A DNA stretch of 38,713 nt from an uncultured bacterium (GTDB taxonomy: Bacteria > Oederibacteriota > Muellerivitia > Muellerivitales > Muellerivitaceae). The notes beneath the pieces are model-generated. The model had not been told where the DNA came from and searched no databases. It saw only the letters and a program-made list of their open reading frames with translations. Location: NCBI GenBank assembly GCA_964531065.1, contig CAZHFP010000004.1:1-38713 (forward strand), given 5' to 3'. A program made the position numbers and the translations under genes. Position 1 is the stretch's first letter, and every line of letters starts with the position of its first letter. This document shows positions 25,342 to 33,831 of the stretch, in pieces.

Positions 25342-26223
25342 ATGCTGGTTCAAAATAAAACAACCGCCGTTCCCGCGTTCCTTATCAATCCTAATCCCAA
25401 ATATCTTTTCCGCGACGCCATCGCCAAGCTTCCTATGAACGGCATCCACACCATTTGTGAGGAGGCCAAGTGTCCCAACCGGGGGGAATGCCTGCCCCAG
25501 CATGGGACCATCTCCATCATGGTCATGGGTTCCATCTGCACGAGGGGCTGTCCCTTCTGCGCGGTCACGACAGGGCGGCCGAAATCTTTAGATTCCAACG
25601 AACCAGCCCAGGTGGTGGAAATCGCCAAGGCTCTGAACGTCCGCTATCTCGTTATGACTTCCCCTAACCGGGATGAACTACCCGATGGCGGCGCAACCCA
25701 ATTCACCAAGATCGTGAAGGCGCTCCGGGATTTTAATCCCGCGCTCAAGATCGAAATACTCGTACCGGATTTTTTGGGTAAACCAGAAGCTTTTGAAATT
25801 CTTCTTCAACAGCCTCCCGATGTTCTCGCTCATGATTTACAGACCGTACCCCGGCTGTATGGTCCGATCCGGCCCGGGGCGATTTATCAGAGATCGTTGG
25901 ATCTTTTCCGTTGGTACAAAAAGAATAGCGATTCTTCAAAAGTGATGCTGAAGGCGGGGCTCATGCTGGGCTTTGGGGAAACGGAAGAAGAAGTGTTCGA
26001 GGTTTTAATGGACGCGGCGGAGGCCGGTGTAAAATTTTTCACGATGGGCCAGTATTTAAAGCCGCCCGGCTCCACGCTGGAGGTGGTGGAATATGTTCCC
26101 TTGGACCGCTACCAGCGCTTTATCGAATATGGAAAAACCTTGGGGATGTCCGTCCAGGCCAGCCCTCTGACCCGTTCCAGCTATCTGGCCGACCGTTTGG
26201 CCGGAAACACAAAAAGGCCTTAA
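25342..26223 (+). CDS. lipA: Lipoyl synthase (radical SAM)
   Basis: Contains the auxiliary cluster motif CEEAKCPNRGEC and the radical-SAM motif CTRGCPFCAV. The length and C-terminal RSSY motif fit LipA. Confidence 0.92.
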   Translation: MLVQNKTTAVPAFLINPNPKYLFRDAIAKLPMNGIHTICEEAKCPNRGECLPQHGTISIMVMGSICTRGCPFCAVTTGRPKSLDSNEPAQVVEIAKALNVRYLVMTSPNRDELPDGGATQFTKIVKALRDFNPALKIEILVPDFLGKPEAFEILLQQPPDVLAHDLQTVPRLYGPIRPGAIYQRSLDLFRWYKKNSDSSKVMLKAGLMLGFGETEEEVFEVLMDAAEAGVKFFTMGQYLKPPGSTLEVVEYVPLDRYQRFIEYGKTLGMSVQASPLTRSSYLADRLAGNTKRP

Positions 26224-26227
26224 GTCC

Positions 26228-27037
26228 TTGGCCCCTGGTAAAAAAAATCCGACCGTTCCGCCCAAGCGTTTTGGAAATTTTTGGCTGCCCTTCATCATCC
26301 CCTTGTTGATTTTGATTCTCTGGCAGGTATTGGGCGACAGGGGCATTCTCAGGCCCTCTCTTCTGCCTACACCCAGCGCCGTAGGGCATGCTTTGATCCA
26401 GTCCATTCAATCGGGAGATCTTGCGAGAAACATGGGAGTGAGCCTTCAGCGGGTTCTGGAAGGCTTTACCTTGGGTTCGGGGCTGGGAATTCTTTTGGGA
26501 TTCATCCTGGGTTTTTTCAACCGAATGGAAAGGGCCAGCTTTTTTTTAATCGGATTCTTGCGGCCCATCCCCACCATCGCCTGGATTCCGGCCCTCATCC
26601 TCTGGCTGGGCATTGATGAGGCTTCCAAAGTAACGGTCATCGCCATCGGAAGTTTTTGGCCGGTCTTACTGGGCGCTTTACAAGGGGTTCGAGGCGTGGA
26701 TCCCCGCTACTTGGAAGTGGCCAGGGTTCTGGAAAAAGACCGCTGGACCCTGGTGTCCCGGATCGTCCTGCCTTCCGCCCTCCCTTCGCTTTTTACCGGG
26801 CTTCGCGTAGCTATGGGAATCGCCTGGGCCAGTGTGGTGGGTGCCGAACTCATCGCGGCTTCCTCGGGCATCGGCTACATGATTATGTACGCACGCGAAG
26901 TCTCCCAGCCCGACGTGATGCTGGCAGGCGTAGCGGTGATCGGCCTGATAGGTCTTGTCATTGATTTTCTTTTTCTCGCCGTTGAGCGGCGGCTGTCGCG
27001 CTGGGCCCCTCCCGCCTTCCCGGGACGAAAAATATGA
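26228..27037 (+). CDS. ABC transporter permease, NitT/TauT (SsuC/TauC-like) family
   Basis: It has six hydrophobic segments and an EAA-like loop (RYLEVARVLEKDRWTLVSRIVLPSALP). The start is TTG, 4 nt after the lipA stop. Confidence 0.8.
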   Translation: MAPGKKNPTVPPKRFGNFWLPFIIPLLILILWQVLGDRGILRPSLLPTPSAVGHALIQSIQSGDLARNMGVSLQRVLEGFTLGSGLGILLGFILGFFNRMERASFFLIGFLRPIPTIAWIPALILWLGIDEASKVTVIAIGSFWPVLLGALQGVRGVDPRYLEVARVLEKDRWTLVSRIVLPSALPSLFTGLRVAMGIAWASVVGAELIAASSGIGYMIMYAREVSQPDVMLAGVAVIGLIGLVIDFLFLAVERRLSRWAPPAFPGRKI

Positions 27038-27837
27038 GCCTTCCTTTTCTTATCTTAAAAGGTATTGGAAAAAGCTACGACACCCGCCAGCGTTCCTTGT
27101 TGGCGGTGGAAAAATTGGACCTTAAGGTACGGGAGGGCGAGTTTCTTTGCATCGTGGGGGAAAGCGGCTGCGGCAAGTCCACGCTACTCCGCCTCATCGG
27201 CGGATTGGAAGAGGCTACGAAAGGTGAAATTTATTTCAGGGGTCAAAAAGTTATAGCTCCATCGCTGGATCGGGGCATGGTTTTTCAGGAACCCCGCTTG
27301 TTTCCTTGGATGACGGTGGAAGGCAATATCGCCTTCGGTTGCCCCGAAAGTTTGCCGGCGGTTGAAAAAAAACGCCGGGCGGAAATCCAAATAGGCCTGG
27401 TGGGTCTGGAGGGTTTTGAGAAGGCCCATCCCCATCAATTATCCGGGGGCATGCAGCAAAGGGCGGCACTGGCCCGGGCCCTGGTGGGACAGCCGAAACT
27501 CCTTCTTCTCGATGAGCCCTTTGGGGCCCTGGACGCCTTGACTCGCATTCGAATGCAGGAAGAAATTCTCACGATTCGGCGGGCGCAAAACACCACCATG
27601 GTCATGGTCACCCATGATATCGACGAAGCCCTCTTTTTGGGGGACCGGGTGGCCGTCATGTCACGGCGGCCCGGGACGATTAAAAAAATAATCTCCCTCC
27701 GCCTGGCCCGGCCCAGGGACAGGGGGGCCTCGGGATTCCAAAAGGCCCGCCGGGAAATTTACAAAGAGTTTTTTGGTAAAAACAAAACCGAATCCAGCGC
27801 CAAGACGCCAATACTCCAAGGAAGGCGAAAACAATGA
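27034..27837 (+). CDS. ABC transporter ATP-binding protein, NitT/TauT (SsuB/TauB-like) family
   Basis: Contains Walker A (GESGCGKST), the signature LSGGMQQR, and Walker B (LLLLDEPFGALD). It overlaps the permease stop (ATGA). Confidence 0.9.
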   Translation: MSLPFLILKGIGKSYDTRQRSLLAVEKLDLKVREGEFLCIVGESGCGKSTLLRLIGGLEEATKGEIYFRGQKVIAPSLDRGMVFQEPRLFPWMTVEGNIAFGCPESLPAVEKKRRAEIQIGLVGLEGFEKAHPHQLSGGMQQRAALARALVGQPKLLLLDEPFGALDALTRIRMQEEILTIRRAQNTTMVMVTHDIDEALFLGDRVAVMSRRPGTIKKIISLRLARPRDRGASGFQKARREIYKEFFGKNKTESSAKTPILQGRRKQ

Positions 27838-28781
27838 AAAAAGTATTTTTAGGATTGAGTTTGACCCTTATTTCTTTCTCGGCGGCATTCGCTTCGGAAA
27901 CGAAAACGATCCGCATCGGCTACCAGCCTTCCAGCAATGTTCTCCAGGTTGGCAAGGCCAAGGGCTTCTACGAAAAGGCATTCGTGAAAGAAGGCATAAA
28001 GGTCGAATGGATTCTTTTTCTTTCCGGGCCCGTGGCCGTTGAGGCCGCAGCCGGGGACCGGGTGGACCTGATGGCGCTGGGCAACATGCCGCCTCTCTTA
28101 GCCCGGGCCGGCGGCATCGACCTGAAGGTTATCGCCAAGGCCGCCTTCAACCCCGCCACCAACGCGCTTTTGGTGAAGACTGATTCCCCCATCCATTCGG
28201 TGGCGGACCTCAAGGGACGCAAGGTCGCGGCCCAAGTGGGTTCCAGCCTGCATTATTTTCTTTTCCAATTACTCACGAAGGCGGGTTTGAAAGCGGCGGA
28301 TGTCCAACTGGTGAACCTGGCGGGTCCGGATCAGGGGCCGGCTCTGCAAAGCGGGGCTGTGGACGCCCTCCTGCTTTGGATGCCCTATCGAACCCAATTA
28401 GAGCAGGAGGGCAAGGCCCGGGTCATCGTGGATTCGGCTAAGGTGCCGGGGAGCTTGAGCCTTTATGCCGCGCGCAACACCTTTGGTAAAAAAAAACCAC
28501 GGCTGGTCCAATGTTTCTTGAAGGCTACTGAGGAAACCAACCATTACATGAGGAACCATCCGAAAGAATCTTTAGACATTTTGGCTCAGGGAAGTAAGTT
28601 TCCCAAAAAGGCCCTAGCCGAAAGTTTAAAGGGATTCCATTGGTCCCTGGACCTGACCGAACGGGATATCCGCGAGATGGGAGATATCAAAAACTACCTG
28701 AAAGCGAACGGAGTTATCCGTAAGGATTTTGATATCCAAGACTTGTTTGATTTGAGCTATTTGAAAGCCCTTCATCCTTGA
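27834..28781 (+). CDS. ABC transporter periplasmic substrate-binding protein (NMT1/SsuA-like)
   Basis: It has a signal peptide (MKKVFLGLSLTLISFSAAFASE) and an IRIGYQPS start typical of SsuA/NMT1-type binding proteins. It overlaps the ATPase stop (ATGA). Confidence 0.75.
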   Translation: MKKVFLGLSLTLISFSAAFASETKTIRIGYQPSSNVLQVGKAKGFYEKAFVKEGIKVEWILFLSGPVAVEAAAGDRVDLMALGNMPPLLARAGGIDLKVIAKAAFNPATNALLVKTDSPIHSVADLKGRKVAAQVGSSLHYFLFQLLTKAGLKAADVQLVNLAGPDQGPALQSGAVDALLLWMPYRTQLEQEGKARVIVDSAKVPGSLSLYAARNTFGKKKPRLVQCFLKATEETNHYMRNHPKESLDILAQGSKFPKKALAESLKGFHWSLDLTERDIREMGDIKNYLKANGVIRKDFDIQDLFDLSYLKALHP

Positions 28782-29083
28782 ACCAGCAAGACGATCTCCA
28801 TCATCTTACGATCTACACGGCCCAGCACAGCCCACTCCTGACGGAAGATCTTCTTGTTTATGTGAAGCAGGCCCTGAAGAATCTCCCAGCCCGTTTTCCC
28901 GGACTCAAAATCCTGCACCAGGCCGTCCATCCGGACCGGGTGGAGATGACCTTGGATTTCCAGAGGCTGGATGAGGATGTACTCCGGGTGGTGCAATCCT
29001 TCAAGTCCGAAGTGAAGAACCTGGCGAAGAATAAAAAATTTCCCGGCGACTCCCTCTGGCAGTGGAATTATGACGATAAGTAA
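28778..29083 (+). pseudogene. Decayed, truncated REP-associated tyrosine transposase (RAYT / IS200-like Y1 transposase) relic
   Basis: It is colinear with the RAYT layout as I recall it from E. coli YafM. HHLTIYTAQHSPLLT matches the first strand. KILHQAVHPDRVEMTLDF sits where the HUH strand should be, but H-x-H reads V-E-M. VVQSFKSEVK and SLWQWNYDD match the (W/L)WQxxF(W/Y)(E/D)H region. The ORF stops before the catalytic-Tyr helix. The start is TTG, and REP-like hairpins follow. Confidence 0.5.
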
Positions 29084-29130
29084 TGTGGACGCACGAATCT
29101 TAAGATAATTATCCTTATCCCTTGATTAGA

Positions 29131-29231
29131 CCTCGCCAATGCTACGCCCGACAAGCGGGAGAAGGCCAGGATGAGGGTGATTTAAATCTACTAAGACACC
29201 CTCACCCTACCCTCTCCCGCAAGGGGCGAGG
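29131..29231. repeat. Nested imperfect palindrome (~100 nt) in the RAYT-relic downstream spacer
   Basis: The outer pair is CCTCGCC (29131-29137) with GGCGAGG (29225-29231). The inner arms are GCGGGAGAAGGCCAGGATGAGGGTG (29155-29179) and CACCCTCACCCTACCCTCTCCCGC (29197-29220), with loop ATTTAAATCTACTAAGA. Confidence 0.65.
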
Positions 29232-29252
29232 GAAAATCGATGTTTTTTAAAT

Positions 29253-29276
29253 GTAGGGGCGGGTCTCAGACCCGCC
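29253..29276 (+). repeat. Single GTAG-headed REP unit
   Basis: The sequence is GTAGGGGCGGGTCTCAGACCCGCC: GTAG followed by an 8-bp stem (GGCGGGTC/GACCCGCC) with loop TCA. It is followed by TAGTTTTTG, so it could also terminate transcription. Confidence 0.65.
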
Positions 29277-29363
29277 TAGTTTTTGTTGGTTCGGTCTTTA
29301 AATGGTCTTAAAAACCCATTAAACTCCTACCTGTTTTAAAATTTTAATTTGGAGGCTGTCAAC

Positions 29364-29714
29364 ATGAAGAAAGTTCTCATGTCCGTTGTCGCCACCCTGA
29401 TGTTATTGGCGATGACCCAAGCGACCTTTGCCGGCGAAAAGAAAATGGCCAGCAAAGCTAAGAAGTATGAAGTGGTGGATGTGGCCTGCTATACGGGCAA
29501 GGGCGAGGCGGGAGCCGACCACAAGAAATGCGCGATAAAGTGCATCAGCGGCGGCGGCGAATTGGCCCTGCTCCACGGCGGCGACCTGTTCGTGCCGGTC
29601 GACAAGGATTTCAAGTCGGCCCGCAACAAGTTCAAGGACCACGCCGGGGAGACGGTGGAAGTGAAGGGAAAAGTCATCAGCAAGGGCGGGGTCAACTACC
29701 TGCAGGTTGAATAG
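29364..29714 (+). CDS. Small secreted Cys-containing hypothetical protein (116 aa)
   Basis: GGAGG lies 8 nt before the ATG at 29364. It has a signal peptide (MKKVLMSVVATLMLLAMTQATFA) and is followed by a strong terminator. The ORF-track start at 29349 is less likely. Confidence 0.55.
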   Translation: MKKVLMSVVATLMLLAMTQATFAGEKKMASKAKKYEVVDVACYTGKGEAGADHKKCAIKCISGGGELALLHGGDLFVPVDKDFKSARNKFKDHAGETVEVKGKVISKGGVNYLQVE

Positions 29715-29738
29715 ATTTTTTTGGTTTAAAGTTTAAAA

Positions 29739-29767
29739 GCCTCGGACTTTTGTCCGGGGCTTTTTTT
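29739..29767. terminator. Rho-independent terminator, probably bidirectional (29364-29714 gene and pncA)
   Basis: The stem is GCCTCGGAC-TTTT-GTCCGGGGC (9 bp, including one G-U pair), followed by TTTTTTT. It is preceded by AAAA, which gives a U-tract on the minus-strand transcript. Confidence 0.8.
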
Positions 29768-29780
29768 ATTTAAAGACAAT

Positions 29781-30329
29781 TTAATCTTTTGTTATTTCGT
29801 CAGAGTTGATAAGCGTAATGCCGGCATGGGCCATGGCTTTCAAGGCCTTCTCGCCGTCGCCGGGTTTCACATTGACCGCCGCGACCGCGTCTTCCACCAC
29901 AAAGGTCTCAAAACCTAATTTGTCCGCGTCGAGGGCGGTGGCCTTCACGCAATAGTCGGTGGCGAGTCCCACGACATAAAGGTCCTCAACGCCTTCTTTT
30001 TTCAAAAATTCCCCTAAGTCCGCGCTGGTGGCTTCGAAGGCCGAATAGCCGTCATCCTTATTTTTGGTTCCCTTGAGGAATATTTTTTTGATTTTGGAAA
30101 CGTCCAGTTTGGGATGGAAATCCGCCCCCAGGGTGTTTTGCACACAATGGGGTGGCCATTTCTTGAAGTGGACCGTGTCTTTGGGGTGCCAATCCTTGGA
30201 GGCGACGATGAGTTGGAAGTCCGCCATCATTTGATTGATGACCGGCACCACCTTATCGCCTTCGGGAACGGCCAGGGTTCCGCCGTGACAAAAGTCGTTT
30301 TGAACGTCGACGATCAACAGGGCTTTCAT
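29781..30329 (-). CDS. pncA: Nicotinamidase/pyrazinamidase (isochorismatase family)
   Basis: Contains MKALLIVDVQNDFCHGG, WPPHCV (metal-binding His region) and ATDYCV (catalytic Cys). The likely start is the ATG at 30329; the ORF-track start at 30350 adds 7 aa. Confidence 0.88.
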   Translation of the reverse strand: MKALLIVDVQNDFCHGGTLAVPEGDKVVPVINQMMADFQLIVASKDWHPKDTVHFKKWPPHCVQNTLGADFHPKLDVSKIKKIFLKGTKNKDDGYSAFEATSADLGEFLKKEGVEDLYVVGLATDYCVKATALDADKLGFETFVVEDAVAAVNVKPGDGEKALKAMAHAGITLINSDEITKD

Positions 30330-30390
30330 AGGGACTGTCTCCAATGCCATTATAGAACGAGGTTGTTTTTGATACTAAACTTCAATTGTT

Positions 30391-30473
30391 AGTTCACAGC
30401 TCATAGTTCGCAGTTATGATTTAAATCTTTTAATATTTACTGTGAACCGTCAACTGTGAACTGTCAGCTGCCT
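30391..30473. repeat. AGCTG-core / GTTCACAG inverted repeat region, copy III (pncB-pncA spacer)
   Basis: GTTCACAG (30392-30399) faces CTGTGAAC (30440-30447 and 30454-30461) across an AT-rich centre. The spacer ends with GAACTGTCAGCTG (30458-30470), identical to 10060-10072. This motif contains the pncB stop codon (TCA at 30464-30466). Confidence 0.6.
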
Positions 30474-31875
30474 TTCGAATGCCGGTGAATCAGTTCGATT
30501 TTTAAGTCCATCAACTTCTGGCTGGTGCCTACCTTGTAAATATGTGGGTTCTCGAATCGCTTCCGTTCAGGTGAGAGTTTCGCCAGCCTTTCCTTGGCGA
30601 ATGCCGCTGCTTCCTGCACGGTGGTCTTCACCAGGGATTTCCCCCCTTCCATTACCTTAAAGACGATTCCCTCGGGAAAACAATGGGCCACCCGGCTTTT
30701 TTGCTCAGGAAAAAAGGGGTGATAAATGAATTCGGTGCTTTTTTCATCCTCTAAAACGATACCGTCGGCGTAAAAGTACCCTTCCGGGTCGGTATAACGG
30801 ATAATTTTTTTGACCCCCGGCAGGGAAGTCTTGGCGACGTTCTCTGAAATTTTAAGGCAGGGGGTTCCCTCGTACTGGCTTAGTTTATAAACCCCGTCTA
30901 GGGCCGGTGTGTCCTGGCCCGTCACCAAATTCGTTCCCACGCCGAAGGCGTTGATGGGCGCCCCCTGATCCAACAGGCTCTTGATGATATGTTCGTCCAA
31001 CTGATTAGAGACGACGATCTTCACCGTAGTTAGTTCCGCTTGATCTAGAAGCACACGGGCGCGCTTACTTAAGTAAGCCAGATCGCCCGAATCCAGGCGG
31101 ATGCCGATGAGTTTTTTACCCTGTTTTTCCATTTCTTTGGCCACCGTAATGGCATTGGGCACACCACTTTTTAAAGTGTTGTAGGTGTCTACCAGCAAAA
31201 TACAATTGTCGGGATAGATCTCCGCGAATTTCCGGAAGGCGGTCAACTCATCCGAGAAACTTTGAATCCAGGAATGGGCCTGGGTGCCGGAAGGGGTCAG
31301 CTTATATTCCCTGGCCGCGAAAACGTTGGAGGTGGCGTCCATCCCGCCGATGGCCGCGGCGCGGGAAGCCTGAATAGCCGCCAAGCCTTGGGCCCGGCGA
31401 AGGCCAAAATCAACAATCCGGCGGCCTCTGGCCGCGAAGGCCATGCGGGAGGCTTTCGTGGCGATGAGGGACTCGAAATTGATGAAGTTCAGCAGGAGGG
31501 TTTCGATCAACTGGGTTTCAAAAAGAGTTCCCTCCACCCGCATGACGGGTTCCAGGGGAAAAATCACTTCGCCTTCCCGGACCGAATAAACCTTTCCCTT
31601 GAACCTGAAATTTTGACAGTAATCGAGAAAGGGTTTTTGAAAGCCGATGCTTTTTAAATACTCCAGGTCCTCGGCATCGAAGGAAAGGTTTTCCAAAATT
31701 TCCAACAGGTCGTTCAGCCCCGCGAAAAGGACATAGCCGCCCTTAAAGGGATTCTCGCGGAAGAAGTAATCAAAGCAAGCGGGTGTTTCGGCTTTGCCGG
31801 TTAAGACATAACCCTGAACCATGGTGAGTTCGTAAAGATCGGTGTAAAGGCCTGCGTGTTTGGGAATAAGGGACA
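30464..31875 (-). CDS. pncB: Nicotinate phosphoribosyltransferase
   Basis: Contains LYTDLYELTMVQGY, DFGLRRAQG, GTQAHSW and GIRLDSGD. The likely start is the ATG at 31875 (MSLIPKHAGLY). The ORF-track start at 31903 adds MIAVSYNSF, which is read out of the palindromic repeat. Confidence 0.9.
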
Positions 31876-31883
31876 TGAAACTA

Positions 31884-31920
31884 TTATAGCTGACGGCTAT
31901 CATCTGTCAGCTGATAGCTA
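31884..31920. repeat. AGCTG-core palindromic repeat, copy IV (dctQM-pncB spacer)
   Basis: The sequence is TATAGCTGACGGCTATCATCTGTCAGCTGATAGCTAT. ATAGCTGAC and GTCAGCT...AT are complementary. It matches copy I at 23 of 28 positions and abuts the dctQM stop (CTA at 31918-31920). Confidence 0.6.
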
Positions 31921-33831
31921 TTTATTGAACAGCCCTGGCAGCCAGGTGGTGAAGAAGGGAACGTAAGTAATTAAAAAGACCGTGGCGTAAAGGAGAACTA
32001 ACATCGGCAATACAGCCCGGTAAACCTGGACCATGGGTTTCTTGAAGCGGTAGGAAGAGAGGAAAAGATTGAGCCCTAAGGGCGGCGTGAGGAAACCCAA
32101 CTCCATGTTGGCGAGAAAAATAATGCCCATATGCACTGGGTCCACCCCGAAGGCTTGGGCCATGGGGAGAATCAAGGGCACCACTACCACGATGGCGGCG
32201 AAAATCTCCAGTAAGCCCCCGACCATGATCAGCATGAGATTGATCATCAAGAGGAACATCCATTGGGAATGGACGTTGGAATGGACCCAATCGGCCAGAT
32301 GGGTGGGGATCTGCGCGTCCACCATGTCATTGGTGAAACCCAGCGACACGCCGAGGATAAGCAATACACCACCAACCAGCATGCCGCATTCGGTGATGAC
32401 CTTGGGAATGGATTTTAATTTCAAATCACGGTAGATAAAAACTTCCACCACAAAGGCGTAGAGGGAAGTCAGGGCCGCGGACTCCACCAAGGTTACCTTA
32501 ACCCCGAAGAGGAAAATAAAAATGACGAAGGGCAGGAACAATTCCCATTTGGCCACCCAAAGGGCGTCCAGGGCTTCGCGCCAATGGAAGGGATGGCCGG
32601 CGGCTTGTTCCTTAGAGCCCTTCGTAATCCCCCAAATAGCCGTCACGCCCAACAATAGAAAGCCTGGAAGAATCCCGCCGAGAAACAATTGGTCGATCGC
32701 CGTGTGGGAAACCACGCCGTAGAGGATGACGGGAAGGCTGGGAGGAAAAAGCATTCCCAAAGATCCGGCGGAAGTTAAAAGTCCCAGGGCGTCCCGCTCT
32801 TTATATTTTTCCGCAAGAAGGATCGGCATCAACAATCCGCCCAAGGCCAGGATGGTCACGCCCGAACCTCCGGTGAAACAGGTAAAGAAGGCGCAGACCA
32901 GGGCTGTCACGATAGCCGGGCCGCCCCGCAAAGAACCAAACCAGGCTTGGAACACGCGCAAAAGCCGCTTGGAAGCGCCGCCTTCGGCCAGTAAATATCC
33001 GGTCAGGGTGAAGAGGGGAATATTAGGGATGGTGGGGGATACCACCATGCGGTAGGTTTCCGCGGGGATGGAAGCGATGGGAGTGTCGGAGTTCCAAAGA
33101 AAGAGCAGGGCCGAGCCGCCCAGTGCCACGAAGACGGGAGTTCCCATGACCACCGCGAAAAGCAGGATCGCGAAGGCCGCATAAAGAAGAGGCTGGGGAA
33201 TGGTGGTAAAGATAAGGCCCAAAGAAGCCAAGGCCCCGGCCAGGGCTAATGTTATCGCGCGCTGGGCCAGCGTTTCACCGGAGCGCCAAACCATGCGGAA
33301 AAAAACCACGGCGAAACCGGCGGGAAGAAGGAAAAGAACCACCCACTTCGGGATCCCGATGGCGATGATATCTCCCACTTCCTTTTCCACCATGGAATAT
33401 TGGAAGCCAGCCACGCACAAATAAAGGGTGAAGGCGGCGCCCAGGGCAGCGGTAAAGATATGGGCAGCGGTTTTAAACCGTTCGGGGATCAGGCTGGAGG
33501 TGGAAGATAAGGAAAGCAACTTTCCTTCCCGGGCCGCGATGGCGGCGCCCAGCATCATGATGGCCAAAACCGTGTGCTGAACCAGGTTGAGGGAGCCGGA
33601 AATTAAAGAGACATGAAATTTGCGGGTCAGGATATCCAGCAGGGGCAGAAGCAGCATGATGCCGAAGAAAAAGGTGAGGGCCAAACTTTCCGCGTAATGC
33701 CAGGGCCGGTGGACAACAGGGGCGCCGCCAGGATGGGCTTCCAGCGAGACGCCTGTTTCAGGGGCCGTGGCGATAGGGGATTTTTTTAACGGCTTGCGAC
33801 CGGAGGAAGCCGGCCGCTTTTTAGGTTTCAT
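31918..33831 (-). CDS. TRAP transporter fused small/large permease (DctQ-DctM fusion)
   Basis: It is a 637-aa polytopic protein. The N-terminal ~190 aa form a DctQ-like four-helix unit, followed by a DctM-like 12-TM unit. Its start overlaps the dctP stop by 1 nt. Confidence 0.85.
   Translation of the reverse strand: MKPKKRPASSGRKPLKKSPIATAPETGVSLEAHPGGAPVVHRPWHYAESLALTFFFGIMLLLPLLDILTRKFHVSLISGSLNLVQHTVLAIMMLGAAIAAREGKLLSLSSTSSLIPERFKTAAHIFTAALGAAFTLYLCVAGFQYSMVEKEVGDIIAIGIPKWVVLFLLPAGFAVVFFRMVWRSGETLAQRAITLALAGALASLGLIFTTIPQPLLYAAFAILLFAVVMGTPVFVALGGSALLFLWNSDTPIASIPAETYRMVVSPTIPNIPLFTLTGYLLAEGGASKRLLRVFQAWFGSLRGGPAIVTALVCAFFTCFTGGSGVTILALGGLLMPILLAEKYKERDALGLLTSAGSLGMLFPPSLPVILYGVVSHTAIDQLFLGGILPGFLLLGVTAIWGITKGSKEQAAGHPFHWREALDALWVAKWELFLPFVIFIFLFGVKVTLVESAALTSLYAFVVEVFIYRDLKLKSIPKVITECGMLVGGVLLILGVSLGFTNDMVDAQIPTHLADWVHSNVHSQWMFLLMINLMLIMVGGLLEIFAAIVVVVPLILPMAQAFGVDPVHMGIIFLANMELGFLTPPLGLNLFLSSYRFKKPMVQVYRAVLPMLVLLYATVFLITYVPFFTTWLPGLFNK

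Noticed and set aside
31876-31903. ORF-track N-terminal extension of pncB (MIAVSYNSF)
   Set aside because: These codons are the palindromic repeat copy IV read as protein. NAPRTases normally begin shortly before the LYTDLYxLTM motif, which fits the ATG at 31875.
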